DNA of 64,000 nucleotides, taken from NCBI GenBank assembly GCA_045656825.1, contig JAZORY010000001.1, positions 2,819-66,818 of the forward strand, written 5' to 3'. The notes beneath the pieces were generated by a model, which saw nothing but the letters and a program-made list of their open reading frames with translations, was not told the DNA's origin and did no database searches. Positions 1-9,368 of this stretch are shown in pieces. The position numbers were made by a program, and so were the translations under genes. The DNA comes from Candidatus Avispirillum sp. (lineage in GTDB: Bacteria > Bacillota > Clostridia > Oscillospirales > CAG-272). Position 1 is the first letter of the stretch; every line of letters begins with the position of its first letter.

Positions 1-80
1 AGTGTCAGAGCGAAGCGACTGACGCGAGACGCGAGTGCACAAAGCCTATTGTCGAAAAAACGAAGTTTTTCAACAGCAAC

Positions 81-1145
81 TTAGCAGGTCAGGTCAGCGA
101 GAAGAACTGTCATATCCTTGAAGAACTTCTTCTTAGCATCAATGATGCGTCTGATACGAACCTTATCCTCTTCGGGATATTTGTCCATTGCTGTGAAATC
201 GTCCTTGCCCTTATAGATGCGGTCTGCTGTCTGTGCAAGGTTGATATCAAGAGAGATGATTTTGTTGTCTCTTTCGCAGATAACGCGATTTGTCTTGCCG
301 CAGAGAAGTTCCTTAACTGCTTCAGAGCCCATCTTAGCTGCTGTAACTCTGTCTCTGAGGGAGGGGTTACCGCCGCGAACAACGTGAGCAAGGCGAGCAA
401 ATCTTGTTTCGATTCCTGTTTCAGCTTCAACCTTCTTTGCAAACTCTTCAGAAGCGTAGAAGGGGATCATTTCACTAACAACAACGATAAAGCCTCTCTT
501 GCCGTCTGCTCTGAGGTGCTTCATCTTATCATAAAGAGCCTCTTCGTCGAAGGGACGCTCAACGATAACGCAACCAACAGCGCCGCAAGCAATTGCAGAC
601 TGAATAGCGATGCCGCCTGCTTTATTACCCATAACCTCAACAACGTTGCAACGGCCGTGGGATTCGCAAGTGTCGCGAAGCTTATCGATTGCTTCGATAG
701 CTGTGTTCATAGCTGTATCGTAGCCAACAGAATATTCAGAGGAAGCGATGTCGTTATCGATTGTGCAGGGAACGCCGATTGTGGGGATTCCTCTGTTGGA
801 AAGGTCTGTTGCGCCGCGGAAAGTTCCGTCGCCGCCGCATGCAACGATACCGTCAAGCTGGTACTTCTTGCATGTTTCAACTGCCTTTGCCATGCCTTCT
901 TCTGTTTTGAATTCATCGCATCTGTCGGTATAAAGTATTGTTCCGCCGAGGCTTTCAATGCCGGAAACGTCTCTTGCTGTGAGAGGTCTTACCTTGTCAT
1001 TAACAAGGCCGCTGTAGCCGCCCAGAATACCGAAAACCTCTACTCCATAGGAAAGAGCTGTGCGAGTAACGGCGCGGATAGCGCTGTTCATACCGGGGGC
1101 ATCTCCTCCGGATGTGAGAACGCCTATTCTTTTAAGCTGTGCCAT
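81..1145 (-). CDS. pfkA: ATP-dependent 6-phosphofructokinase
   Basis: 354-aa ORF. N-terminal IGVLTSGGDAPGMN and internal GGDGT motifs are typical of the PfkA family. Confidence 0.95.
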   Translation of the reverse strand: MAQLKRIGVLTSGGDAPGMNSAIRAVTRTALSYGVEVFGILGGYSGLVNDKVRPLTARDVSGIESLGGTILYTDRCDEFKTEEGMAKAVETCKKYQLDGIVACGGDGTFRGATDLSNRGIPTIGVPCTIDNDIASSEYSVGYDTAMNTAIEAIDKLRDTCESHGRCNVVEVMGNKAGGIAIQSAIACGAVGCVIVERPFDEEALYDKMKHLRADGKRGFIVVVSEMIPFYASEEFAKKVEAETGIETRFARLAHVVRGGNPSLRDRVTAAKMGSEAVKELLCGKTNRVICERDNKIISLDINLAQTADRIYKGKDDFTAMDKYPEEDKVRIRRIIDAKKKFFKDMTVLLADLTC

Positions 1146-1247
1146 AGTGATCTATCTCCTATTTGTTAACATTATTTGTATGTCAGTTACAGTTATTGTA
1201 CTACCGTTTTATAAAAAAATCAATAGTTTCGCGCAATATCTATACAA

Positions 1248-2189
1248 TCAAAATAAAATATGTCCGAATATGCTGCCGAAAACAACGGAAAATCCGTAAA
1301 CCTCAGCACAAACGAGAAGGTTTTCCTTGAAATTATTATTTGCGCGGAACAAAATGAGAAGTCCGCTTCCTGCGCCTGCAAGCAAAGCTGTCAGCATAAA
1401 GGGGGCGCCGATGATGCCTTCAAGAAAGAGCTCTGTAACAGCAACGGAAACTGCGCAGTTGGGAATAAGACCGATAAGTCCTGCAACAAGGCTTCCGAGC
1501 ACAGGAATATCGGAGAGGGCGCGAAGCGCATCTGCGATATCAAAAAACTCAAGAACGATATTGATCACGAAGGATAGGGCGATTATGAAGCCGAAAACTC
1601 TGAGTGTTCGCACCAGCGCAGAAACGAAGAGGTTTCCCTCTGCTGCGCAAAATCCATCGCCGCAGCCGCAATCACATTCTGCCAGCTCTTCTTCTGTGAT
1701 ATTACCGTCGTTTTCATTATCCATCGTGTGATAATCCTCGGGATATTTGAGCCTGTAATAAAGTCGGATGGAGAAATCAAGCAAAAAACCTGCTGCAATA
1801 GCACTGGCTGCCTTTGCAAGAAGGATCTTCAGGATAGTGCCGAGGGGTGTTTGGCTTGAGATCATAACCGCAAGCATTTCGTCAGAGGTGGAGAGATAAA
1901 CTGAAATAAGAGTTCCTGCTGTTAGTATACCTGCTCCGTATAAATTTGATGCAGCAGCCGAAAAGCCACAGGAGGGAGCTAGTCCAAGCACGCCGCCCAT
2001 AAGTGGGCCGATCTTTCCTGCGCCAACAACAGCGCGGATCATAAAAAGTCCGCCGCCGCGCTCAAGAGCGCCGATAAGCAGGTATGCCAGAAACATAAAG
2101 GGGATTATGAGGACAGTGTCCTCAAGTGCGTGCCCGAGAGCGTGCCATCCGTGGTGGAGGCACGCTTCGAGAAATTCTAATATATTCAT
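1248..2189 (-). CDS. Multi-pass membrane permease, ArsP_2-like (putative 10-TM metal exporter family)
   Basis: 313-aa hydrophobic ORF. The central cytoplasmic loop carries a Cys cluster, CDCGCGDGFC (nt 1647-1676). The family assignment is from memory of the family layout, not a search. Confidence 0.65.
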   Translation of the reverse strand: MNILEFLEACLHHGWHALGHALEDTVLIIPFMFLAYLLIGALERGGGLFMIRAVVGAGKIGPLMGGVLGLAPSCGFSAAASNLYGAGILTAGTLISVYLSTSDEMLAVMISSQTPLGTILKILLAKAASAIAAGFLLDFSIRLYYRLKYPEDYHTMDNENDGNITEEELAECDCGCGDGFCAAEGNLFVSALVRTLRVFGFIIALSFVINIVLEFFDIADALRALSDIPVLGSLVAGLIGLIPNCAVSVAVTELFLEGIIGAPFMLTALLAGAGSGLLILFRANNNFKENLLVCAEVYGFSVVFGSIFGHILF

Positions 2190-2213
2190 CGGGTATTAAA
2201 AATCCTTAACAAT

Positions 2214-3962
2214 TCAATCTTCAATTGCGGCCTTACGTGAAAGGGCTGCATGAACTCTTTCAAGGTTGACCTTGGGGCGTCTGTCGAAGGCAAAAACGCC
2301 GTTCATTTCCTGCATAACGTCTGTGAACTGAGTGTAGCAGAAGCCGCAAACGCCGGGGTTATCAAGGAGTATTGTACAAAGATCGATTAATCTCTGTTCA
2401 AGCTCCTCGGGGCTCTTGGGAGCGTTACCGTATCCCCATGCATTACCTGACTCCTGACCGTCGCTTTCAAGAATTGTGTCTATATCCCAGAAAGCGCCGC
2501 CGAACTCGGAAACGAAATAGGGCATCTTTCCGTTGTAGGGAGCGGAGGGGCCGCCGCCCTCGCCGTTATAGAACACGTCGCCGCCGTCAACGAGTCCCTT
2601 ATAGTGATCGTTGAATTCGTTTTTCTCCTGAACGTAGTCGTGAACATCGAAAATATCTGTTTTTCCCATATGGATCCAACCGGACGTATCGATCACGGGG
2701 CGTGTGGGATCAAACATTTTTGTGATATCGTACACTGTGTCATAGAGGCGGGGTGTGCCGCCGGGCCAGGATTCGTTAAATGCGCACCAGCCGATAATAG
2801 CGGGGCTGTTAATATCGCGGCGGAGGATATCGAGCCATTCGGGAAGCATTGCATTCATAGCCTCGGGGCGCGCAATATCAAGTCCCCAGTTGGGATATTC
2901 ATCCCAGAGGAGATAGCCCATTCTGTCAGCGTGATAGATGAAACGGGGCTCAAACACCTTCATATGCATTCTTGCGCCGTTAAAGCCTGCTGCCATGGAA
3001 AGCTCTATATCGCGAACGAATTCTTCGTCGCTAGTTGCTGTGTAGATACCCTTTTCGTAGTATCCCTGATCAAGAACAAGGCGCATAAACACGCTCTTGC
3101 CGTTGAGCATAAATTTATTGCCGACTATATCAACGCTGCGCATACCAAAATAAGACGTGATCTTATCTTCGCCTGCTGTGATTTCGATATCATAGAGCTC
3201 AGGTGCTCCAACGTTCCAGAGGTGAGGATTGGGGACGGGGAGTGAAAGCGTTGCTGTATTACAAGCGCTGGAAGCCGTAGCCTCGGACACGAACTCGCCC
3301 TTGTAGAATATCTTGGCTGTAACGTCAGCGTTGCCGCCTGCAAGATAAACTGTAAGATCAAGCTTTTCGCCTTTAACGTCAGGGAGCATTTTGATTGAGT
3401 CGATATAAGTGTTAGGAACGTATTCAAGCCAAACTGTCTGCCAGATGCCTGTGCAGCGAGTGTAGAAGCAGCCGTGGTTGGCATATGAGGAGCACTGCTT
3501 GCCTGAGGGCTGAAGGGGGCTTCTCACGTCGTTGCGGCAGGTAACGTTGATTCTGTTTTCGCCTGCCTTCACTTCTTTTGTGATATCAAAGGTTGCGGGA
3601 ACGTATCCGCCCTTATGCTCTCCCATAAAGGCATCGTTTATCCAAACCTGACCCTCATAGTTCATTGCATCGAAATGAAGAAGGATCTTGCCCTTTGCAT
3701 TATCAAAATTTTCAGGCAGAACAAAGCTGCGGCAATACCAGACACGAGTCATAAAATCAACGTTTTCAATGCCTGATGCTTCGCTTTCGGGAACGAATGG
3801 AACGATGATCTCCTTTTCGTAGCGGTCCATTTTATAAAGACCTCTCTGTCCGCCGCTTTCCGCGTTATCTATTTCAAAAAACCATTTTCCGTTAAGATTA
3901 AGCCAGGATTCATCTCCGCGCACAAGCTGAGGACGGGGATATTCAGGTCTCGGTATCATCAT
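2214..3962 (-). CDS. Glycoside hydrolase family 2 (beta-galactosidase/beta-glucuronidase/beta-mannosidase-like)
   Basis: 582-aa ORF. It has the N-terminal sugar-binding region typical of GH2 and a WCAFNESW acid/base-type motif in the TIM-barrel part. Confidence 0.8.
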   Translation of the reverse strand: MMIPRPEYPRPQLVRGDESWLNLNGKWFFEIDNAESGGQRGLYKMDRYEKEIIVPFVPESEASGIENVDFMTRVWYCRSFVLPENFDNAKGKILLHFDAMNYEGQVWINDAFMGEHKGGYVPATFDITKEVKAGENRINVTCRNDVRSPLQPSGKQCSSYANHGCFYTRCTGIWQTVWLEYVPNTYIDSIKMLPDVKGEKLDLTVYLAGGNADVTAKIFYKGEFVSEATASSACNTATLSLPVPNPHLWNVGAPELYDIEITAGEDKITSYFGMRSVDIVGNKFMLNGKSVFMRLVLDQGYYEKGIYTATSDEEFVRDIELSMAAGFNGARMHMKVFEPRFIYHADRMGYLLWDEYPNWGLDIARPEAMNAMLPEWLDILRRDINSPAIIGWCAFNESWPGGTPRLYDTVYDITKMFDPTRPVIDTSGWIHMGKTDIFDVHDYVQEKNEFNDHYKGLVDGGDVFYNGEGGGPSAPYNGKMPYFVSEFGGAFWDIDTILESDGQESGNAWGYGNAPKSPEELEQRLIDLCTILLDNPGVCGFCYTQFTDVMQEMNGVFAFDRRPKVNLERVHAALSRKAAIED

Positions 3963-3973
3963 AGAGAGCTCCT

Positions 3974-4768
3974 TTAGTTTTCAACAATTTTTACTATCTC
4001 GGCAGCCAGACTCTCTGCAAGCTGAGATAGCCATGCGTCGTCTGTCATATTCTTTGCGTCCTGAGGATTTGTGGCATAGCCCATTTCCAAGAGGACTGAG
4101 GGGATCTTTGCGTATTTTGTAACGATATAGGAATCGTCGTATTCGGTTGCATCAAGGAGAAAGTCTCCCTCGAGAGCATTTGATAGATTATCTCCGAAGC
4201 GAACTATGGTATCGCTGCACGGGTTATCCTCGCAATAATAAAGCTCGAAGCCATCAACGTAGGATGCATGCTCGACGCTGTTTACGTGGAGGGAGATAAA
4301 GAAATCTATTCTGGCATCCTTTGTGAGAATCTCCTCGTAGATGCCGCGCTCGTATGCGGAGAAGATGTTGTTTTCCTTTATTCCATCTTCCTTAAGTGTG
4401 ATTCCAAGGCGCTCGGCATCTGCTATAAGCTGAGCCTCCGAGGGATAGGATTCTCCGTCGTGAGTAAGTATAACCTCGGCGCCGAGAGCCTCAAGGCTTG
4501 TTTTCAGCTTTTTGGCTGCCTTCAGAGTAACCTCTTTCTCGTAGCATCCCATAAGATAGGGGCCGCATCCAACGTCGTCAAAGCCGTGGCCTGCATCGAC
4601 GCAGATTATTGTTTTGCCGTCGTTTGTGCGATCAAGCTCAGTTTCTGTCTCTTTATATTCAACGTCCAGATTTATTGAGGGGGTGGTTTCTTCTCCCTCG
4701 ATTTCGATCGGTCTGCAGCCGCAGAGCAAAAGAGACAGGAGGAGAAGTGAGCAAAAGAGTTTTTTCAT
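3974..4768 (-). CDS. N-acetylmuramoyl-L-alanine amidase lipoprotein (Amidase_3 type)
   Basis: Lipoprotein signal ending LLLCGC. VDAGHG zinc-ligand motif. C-terminal EMGY-type motif. Confidence 0.8.
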   Translation of the reverse strand: MKKLFCSLLLLSLLLCGCRPIEIEGEETTPSINLDVEYKETETELDRTNDGKTIICVDAGHGFDDVGCGPYLMGCYEKEVTLKAAKKLKTSLEALGAEVILTHDGESYPSEAQLIADAERLGITLKEDGIKENNIFSAYERGIYEEILTKDARIDFFISLHVNSVEHASYVDGFELYYCEDNPCSDTIVRFGDNLSNALEGDFLLDATEYDDSYIVTKYAKIPSVLLEMGYATNPQDAKNMTDDAWLSQLAESLAAEIVKIVEN

Positions 4769-4784
4769 TATATTTCAGTGATGA

Positions 4785-5513
4785 TCAGTTTTTTCTGATC
4801 GCGAACATTTCCTTTATGATTTCCTTTTCGCCGTAGGCAAGGTCCCAGCTCCAATGATTTACACCGGGATATTCCTTATAGAATATTTTATCTCCGCCTG
4901 CTGCTTTGATAGCTTCAACCATCTCTCTTGTGCCGCCAACGGGAACGATGTCGTCCACTTCGCCGTGGAACGTGAAGATGGGGATGTTCTTAAGAATATC
5001 AACCTTAGAGGGATCGCCTGCGCCGCAGCAGGGGAAGCCGGCTGCGAAGAGCTCGGGATATTTAGCCATTGTATACCAGCTGCCAAAGCCGCCCATGGAG
5101 ATACCCATGATATAAACTCGGCTTTCGTCAACGTTACATTCAGCAATTTTTTCCTTGAGGATAGCAACTGCGCTCTTAACCCAAACGCTTTCTTCAATTT
5201 CGTCCATTTTATAGTTGCCGAGGCCCCAGTCTGTATATACCCATCTTTCCTGCTGGTGCTCGTCCATTTCAACCTGAGGAGCGATAATGAGAGCGTCATG
5301 GAGGGGGCTGTCTGCATCCTTCATAGCAACGTCAAGGCCGATTCGGAGCTGAAGATTGTTGTCAGTGCCTCTTTCGCCTGCGCCGTGAAGGAAAAGAACG
5401 GCGGGGCATTTGCCGTTTTCGTCGCGGTGCTCGGGATAGTGGATTCTGTAAGGAACGGTTTTACCGCATTTATCGTATGTAGCGTATTCGAACGTTTCTG
5501 TGTAATGCTTCAT
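4785..5513 (-). CDS. Alpha/beta-hydrolase esterase (phospholipase/carboxylesterase-like)
   Basis: LFLHGAGERG and GISMGG (GxSxG) motifs. I moved the start to the ATG at 5513, which has AAGGAG 8 nt upstream. The track ORF extends to 5534. Confidence 0.75.
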   Translation of the reverse strand: MKHYTETFEYATYDKCGKTVPYRIHYPEHRDENGKCPAVLFLHGAGERGTDNNLQLRIGLDVAMKDADSPLHDALIIAPQVEMDEHQQERWVYTDWGLGNYKMDEIEESVWVKSAVAILKEKIAECNVDESRVYIMGISMGGFGSWYTMAKYPELFAAGFPCCGAGDPSKVDILKNIPIFTFHGEVDDIVPVGGTREMVEAIKAAGGDKIFYKEYPGVNHWSWDLAYGEKEIIKEMFAIRKN

Positions 5514-5667
5514 GAGTTTTTCTCCTTTTGGCATAATTATTTGGATTCATTGTAACATAATATTTCATTTTTTTCAAGGAGTTAGGTGTAAATATTAATA
5601 GTATGAATAAGGACTTTGTTTTCTGCCGACAATTTGGAAAACTCAAGCGAAAGGACGACGGATTGCT

Positions 5668-6726
5668 ATGAAGAAAAAGATAGTTATCGGAGGGTATTAC
5701 GGCTATGGGAGCCTTGGAGACGAGGCGGTGCTCTCCGTGCTTATAAATGAAATAAAGACAAGATATCCATGCTATGAAATAACGGTGCTTTCAGCCTCTC
5801 CAAACAAAATGAAGCGACTTTTAGGTGTCAGATGCGTTCATCGCTATGACACAGCGGCGCTGATTCGTGAATTATCGCAGGCGGAGCTTTATATAAGCGG
5901 CGGCGGAAGTCTCTTGCAGGATTCAACAAGTATACGAAGCCTGAGATATTATTGTCGAGTGATGCATCTTGCTAAGCATCTGGGAGCCAAGGTTTATGCT
6001 TATGCAAACGGCATAGGGCCCCTTAAGCGAAGTGATATTGCCAGAAGTGCGCTGGATATTTGCGATAAAATAAGCGTCAGAGATGATGCATCCCATTCGA
6101 TTTTGCATGATATGGAAATTGAGTCGGAGCTTTCGGCAGATCCGTTTTTCCTTATTGATGCGGCGGAGGGTAGCGAGGTCAGGCGTTTTCTTTGCGACAA
6201 CGGGATATATGAAAAAAGCTATTTCACCGTTTCCCTCAGAAGATGCAAGGGCAGTCGCCAGATAAACGAGGATTCTCTGCTTCACATTCTCCTGCCTTTT
6301 GTTATAAAGGGGAAAACTCCTTTGTTTATATCCATGCAGGACAGCTGTGATTTTGCGCTGTCAGCCGCTATGGCTGATATTACGGGAGGATACGTAGTAA
6401 CTCCGCCTGATGCCTCAATTCTTTTGGGGCTTCAGAAAAATTCGGAATTTGCCATTGGTATGCGTCTTCATTTTCTTCTTGCTGCGGCTGCAGTGGGAAT
6501 TCCTGTTGTGGCGCTTTCCTATGATCCTAAGGTTGACAACGTGCTGTCATACGTGGCGGGGATTAAGGCGCATGATGCCTTCAGCTTTGATTCCGAGGCG
6601 CTATCACGTGAAACGGAGGCTTGCGGATACAGCATGAAGTCTGAAGCGATGAAAAATCTGGCGCTTCGTGATATTGAGGCAATAGGGGAGCTTCTTTATG
6701 ATGAGGGTGAGCTTGTTAAGGCGTGA
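5668..6726 (+). CDS. csaB: Polysaccharide pyruvyl transferase CsaB-like
   Basis: 352-aa ORF. N-terminal GGYYGYGSLGDEAVL motif is characteristic of the CsaB/pyruvyl transferase family. Confidence 0.75.
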   Translation: MKKKIVIGGYYGYGSLGDEAVLSVLINEIKTRYPCYEITVLSASPNKMKRLLGVRCVHRYDTAALIRELSQAELYISGGGSLLQDSTSIRSLRYYCRVMHLAKHLGAKVYAYANGIGPLKRSDIARSALDICDKISVRDDASHSILHDMEIESELSADPFFLIDAAEGSEVRRFLCDNGIYEKSYFTVSLRRCKGSRQINEDSLLHILLPFVIKGKTPLFISMQDSCDFALSAAMADITGGYVVTPPDASILLGLQKNSEFAIGMRLHFLLAAAAVGIPVVALSYDPKVDNVLSYVAGIKAHDAFSFDSEALSRETEACGYSMKSEAMKNLALRDIEAIGELLYDEGELVKA

Positions 6727-6789
6727 TTGGGGTTGCGGAAAAACGGTAGTTATGGTAAAATAATATCAACTGATTTGAACGGAGATATT

Positions 6790-8319
6790 ATGGACTACAA
6801 AGTTATTGACAGCTGTGAATGGACCTATCCTGACAGGTGGGATTATGCTTCGGAGGCGAAGTGCTACAAGGGATATGCTCTTGTTGGCAGCTATGCAACC
6901 TTCAGGGTTATTGTCAGAGACTTTTCAGGGGTACTGGAGGTTTATGCCGATGGTGCTGATATATACGAAGAGGTGGCGATTCCCGTTGAAGACAATCCCA
7001 ATTTTGAAAACGGATTTATGCCTCATTTCCCCGAGAGGACTGCGCCGTTTTCTGTGTACGATTGCCTCAAGCCGTGCTGTGGTAAAATAGAGAAGAAGCA
7101 CGACGTAACCTCGATTTATTTTGCATACAAAACAGATGGAGAGGGCGTTTTTCGCGAAATATTACTAAAAAGCGATGATTGCGAAATAAAGGTTCCCGTT
7201 GAAATAATTTCAAAGGGAAAGCTTCCTGAGGAAACTCTCAAAATCGCTATGGGATATTGCATAAGTGAGGTTATGAACAAGCACGGGCTTGATTTCCGAA
7301 GTGATGAATTTGCTCAGGTTGATCGCAAATATCTTGAGATGCTTCGCAAGATGCATCAGAACAGATATTTTCTTGATCCCGTTCATTCGTGGAAAAAGGA
7401 TGGAGAATGGCATTTTGACTTCCGCGGCTTTAACCGACGGGTGAAACAGCTTCTTGAGCTTGGATTTAACGGCTTTCACATTAACGGAATCGGTTTCCGA
7501 CGCGCTTGGGATGCGCCTGAAATCATTATTCGCGGAATGGATGCTCTTTCCTATGAATGTTATGATTATCTGAGAAAATATCTGCCTGCACTCAGGGAAA
7601 ACCTCCGCGAAAACGGATGGCTTGAAAATGATCTTTTCTGCATTGGTATTGCAGATGAGCCCAACAGATTTAACGCGCTGACGTACAGGGCGGTTGCTTG
7701 TATGGTCAGACGTTATCTGCCTGAAATCAAGATCTACGATGCGGTGTCATACGTTCCCGTTTACGGCGCAATTGATATATGGGTGCCTCGCGCAGACGAA
7801 TTTGAGAAAAACCGAGAGGCTTTTGAAAACTTCAAGGAGGATGGCGACGAGGTCTGGCATTACGTTTGTCTGTTCCCGCGCGTTGACGGATATATCAATC
7901 GCTTTATGGATATTCCGCTTCTTGCAACCAGATATCTTTACTGGGCGAATTACGCTTATGATCTGTCAGGCTATCTGCACTGGTCCGTCAACAACTATCA
8001 GGGTGATCTTGATCCTTACGAGGCTAGCTGCCCCGGTCATGTGAATGCGGGCAGCCGCAGTGTGCTTCCTGCGGGTGATGACAAGCTTTTATATCCCGGT
8101 GTGAATGAGCCTTATATGTCAGCTCGCTTTGAAATGCATCGAGAATCAGCTGAGGACTATGAAATGCTGCGCGCGATCGCTCTTCACAACAAGCCTCTCG
8201 CTGATGAAATATGTGCTTCCTGCTTCAGAAGCTTTACTGACGTTGAATTCGATCCTCTGAAATTCCGCGCCGCTCACAATCGTTTGATTTGTGAATACGC
8301 CGCTCTAAGTGATAATTAA
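6790..8319 (+). CDS. DUF4091 domain protein (GH123-like fold family)
   Basis: The track ORF 6727-8319 starts at TTG. An in-frame ATG at 6790 has GGAG 5 nt upstream. The conserved C-terminal block (YLYWANYAYDLSGYLHWSVNNY) resembles DUF4091 proteins. Confidence 0.6.
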   Translation: MDYKVIDSCEWTYPDRWDYASEAKCYKGYALVGSYATFRVIVRDFSGVLEVYADGADIYEEVAIPVEDNPNFENGFMPHFPERTAPFSVYDCLKPCCGKIEKKHDVTSIYFAYKTDGEGVFREILLKSDDCEIKVPVEIISKGKLPEETLKIAMGYCISEVMNKHGLDFRSDEFAQVDRKYLEMLRKMHQNRYFLDPVHSWKKDGEWHFDFRGFNRRVKQLLELGFNGFHINGIGFRRAWDAPEIIIRGMDALSYECYDYLRKYLPALRENLRENGWLENDLFCIGIADEPNRFNALTYRAVACMVRRYLPEIKIYDAVSYVPVYGAIDIWVPRADEFEKNREAFENFKEDGDEVWHYVCLFPRVDGYINRFMDIPLLATRYLYWANYAYDLSGYLHWSVNNYQGDLDPYEASCPGHVNAGSRSVLPAGDDKLLYPGVNEPYMSARFEMHRESAEDYEMLRAIALHNKPLADEICASCFRSFTDVEFDPLKFRAAHNRLICEYAALSDN

Positions 8320-8567
8320 AACTCCACCCTGCTGACAAAGTAAATCTGTAAGAATATCCAAGGGGAAACTTTTTGAGGAAAAGTTTTCCCCCTGGACCCC
8401 CTTCAAAACCTTTTCGCAGAAAATCCCCGTCCATCCCCACAAAAGTGGGGTGGGACGGGGATCTTTTACAAAGAGGTTTGGGGGAGGGTTCGGGAGGAGA
8501 CCTTTCCTTAAAAGGTCCCTCCTGAGTATCCTTATAAACTAGCTTTGTCAGCAGGGTGGAGTTTTAA
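8316..8567. repeat. 252-bp nested imperfect palindrome with perfect 25-bp terminal inverted repeats (MITE-like or long structured element)
   Basis: TTAAAACTCCACCCTGCTGACAAAG (8316-8340) is the exact reverse complement of 8543-8567. Interior local hairpins lie at about 8362-8391 and 8493-8522. The central hairpin is CCCCGTCCATCCCCAC-AAAA-GTGGGGTGGGACGGGG (8425-8460). Confidence 0.85.
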
Positions 8568-8570
8568 CTA

Positions 8571-9368
8571 TTATTCAGAGAGGAGAACTCTGTCGCTAGC
8601 CAGTTCTTCGCCTGCGGAGATCTTGAATTTTTCAAGAAGATCAGCCTTAGTGAGCTTTTTCTTTTCTTCGCCACTAACGTCGAAAACGATGCGACCGTTG
8701 CTCATCATAATGAGGCGGTTGCCGTACTTGATGGCGTCATTCATATTATGAGTGATCATAAGGGTTGTGAGGTTATTTTCCTCAACGATTTTAGCGGAGA
8801 GAGTGAGCACCTTAAGAGCTGTTTTGGGGTCAAGAGCTGCGGTGTGTTCGTCAAGGAGCAGAAGCTTAGGGTTGTTCATGGTAGCCATAAGCAGAGTAAG
8901 CGCCTGACGCTGACCGCCGGAGAGAAGACCGACCTTGGACGTGAGTCTGTCCTCGAGTCCCAGATCAAGAGTTTTGAGCAGCTCGCGATAGCTTTCGCGC
9001 TCGGCCTTGGAGATACCTGTTTTAAGGCCTCTTGCCTTGCCGCGACGAGCAGCGAGAGCGAGATTTTCTTCGATCTGCATAGTAGCCGCAGTGCCTGTCA
9101 TGGGATCCTGGAAAACGCGGCCGATGTACTGAGCTCTCTTGTGCTCGGGAAGCTTTGTAACGTCAACGCCGTCAATGGTGATAGCGCCGCTGTCAACGGG
9201 ATAAACGCCTGCAACCATATTGAGCATAGTGGATTTACCTGCACCGTTGCCGCCGATAACGGTTACAAAATCGCCCTTGTTAAGATGGAGATTGAGATTT
9301 TTAAGAACTCTTTTTTCGTTAACGGTTCCTACGTTAAACGACTTATAAACCTTGCTGATATCAAGCAT
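8571..9368 (-). CDS. ABC transporter ATP-binding protein
   Basis: Walker A GGNGAGKST, signature LSGGQRQ, Walker B LLLLDE. Confidence 0.9.
   Translation of the reverse strand: MLDISKVYKSFNVGTVNEKRVLKNLNLHLNKGDFVTVIGGNGAGKSTMLNMVAGVYPVDSGAITIDGVDVTKLPEHKRAQYIGRVFQDPMTGTAATMQIEENLALAARRGKARGLKTGISKAERESYRELLKTLDLGLEDRLTSKVGLLSGGQRQALTLLMATMNNPKLLLLDEHTAALDPKTALKVLTLSAKIVEENNLTTLMITHNMNDAIKYGNRLIMMSNGRIVFDVSGEEKKKLTKADLLEKFKISAGEELASDRVLLSE

Noticed and set aside
1-80. Short repeats and hairpins at the left edge, including GACGCGAGACGCGAG and GTCAG...CTGAC, downstream of pfkA.
   Set aside because: The region is truncated by the window edge. The stems are weak with no clear U-tail. There is not enough context for any call.
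6600-6615. parS-like sequence GCTATCACGTGAAACG inside csaB.
   Set aside because: Only one half-site matches. There are 4 mismatches to TGTTNCACGTGAAACA, which is more than functional parS sites usually tolerate.
8234-8751. Two mirrored 68-aa ORFs (8234-8440 minus and 8545-8751 plus) that both encode ...SAGWSFNY...ERR.
   Set aside because: The shared peptide is an artefact of translating the two identical arms of the palindrome outward into the ends of real genes. There are no independent coding signals.
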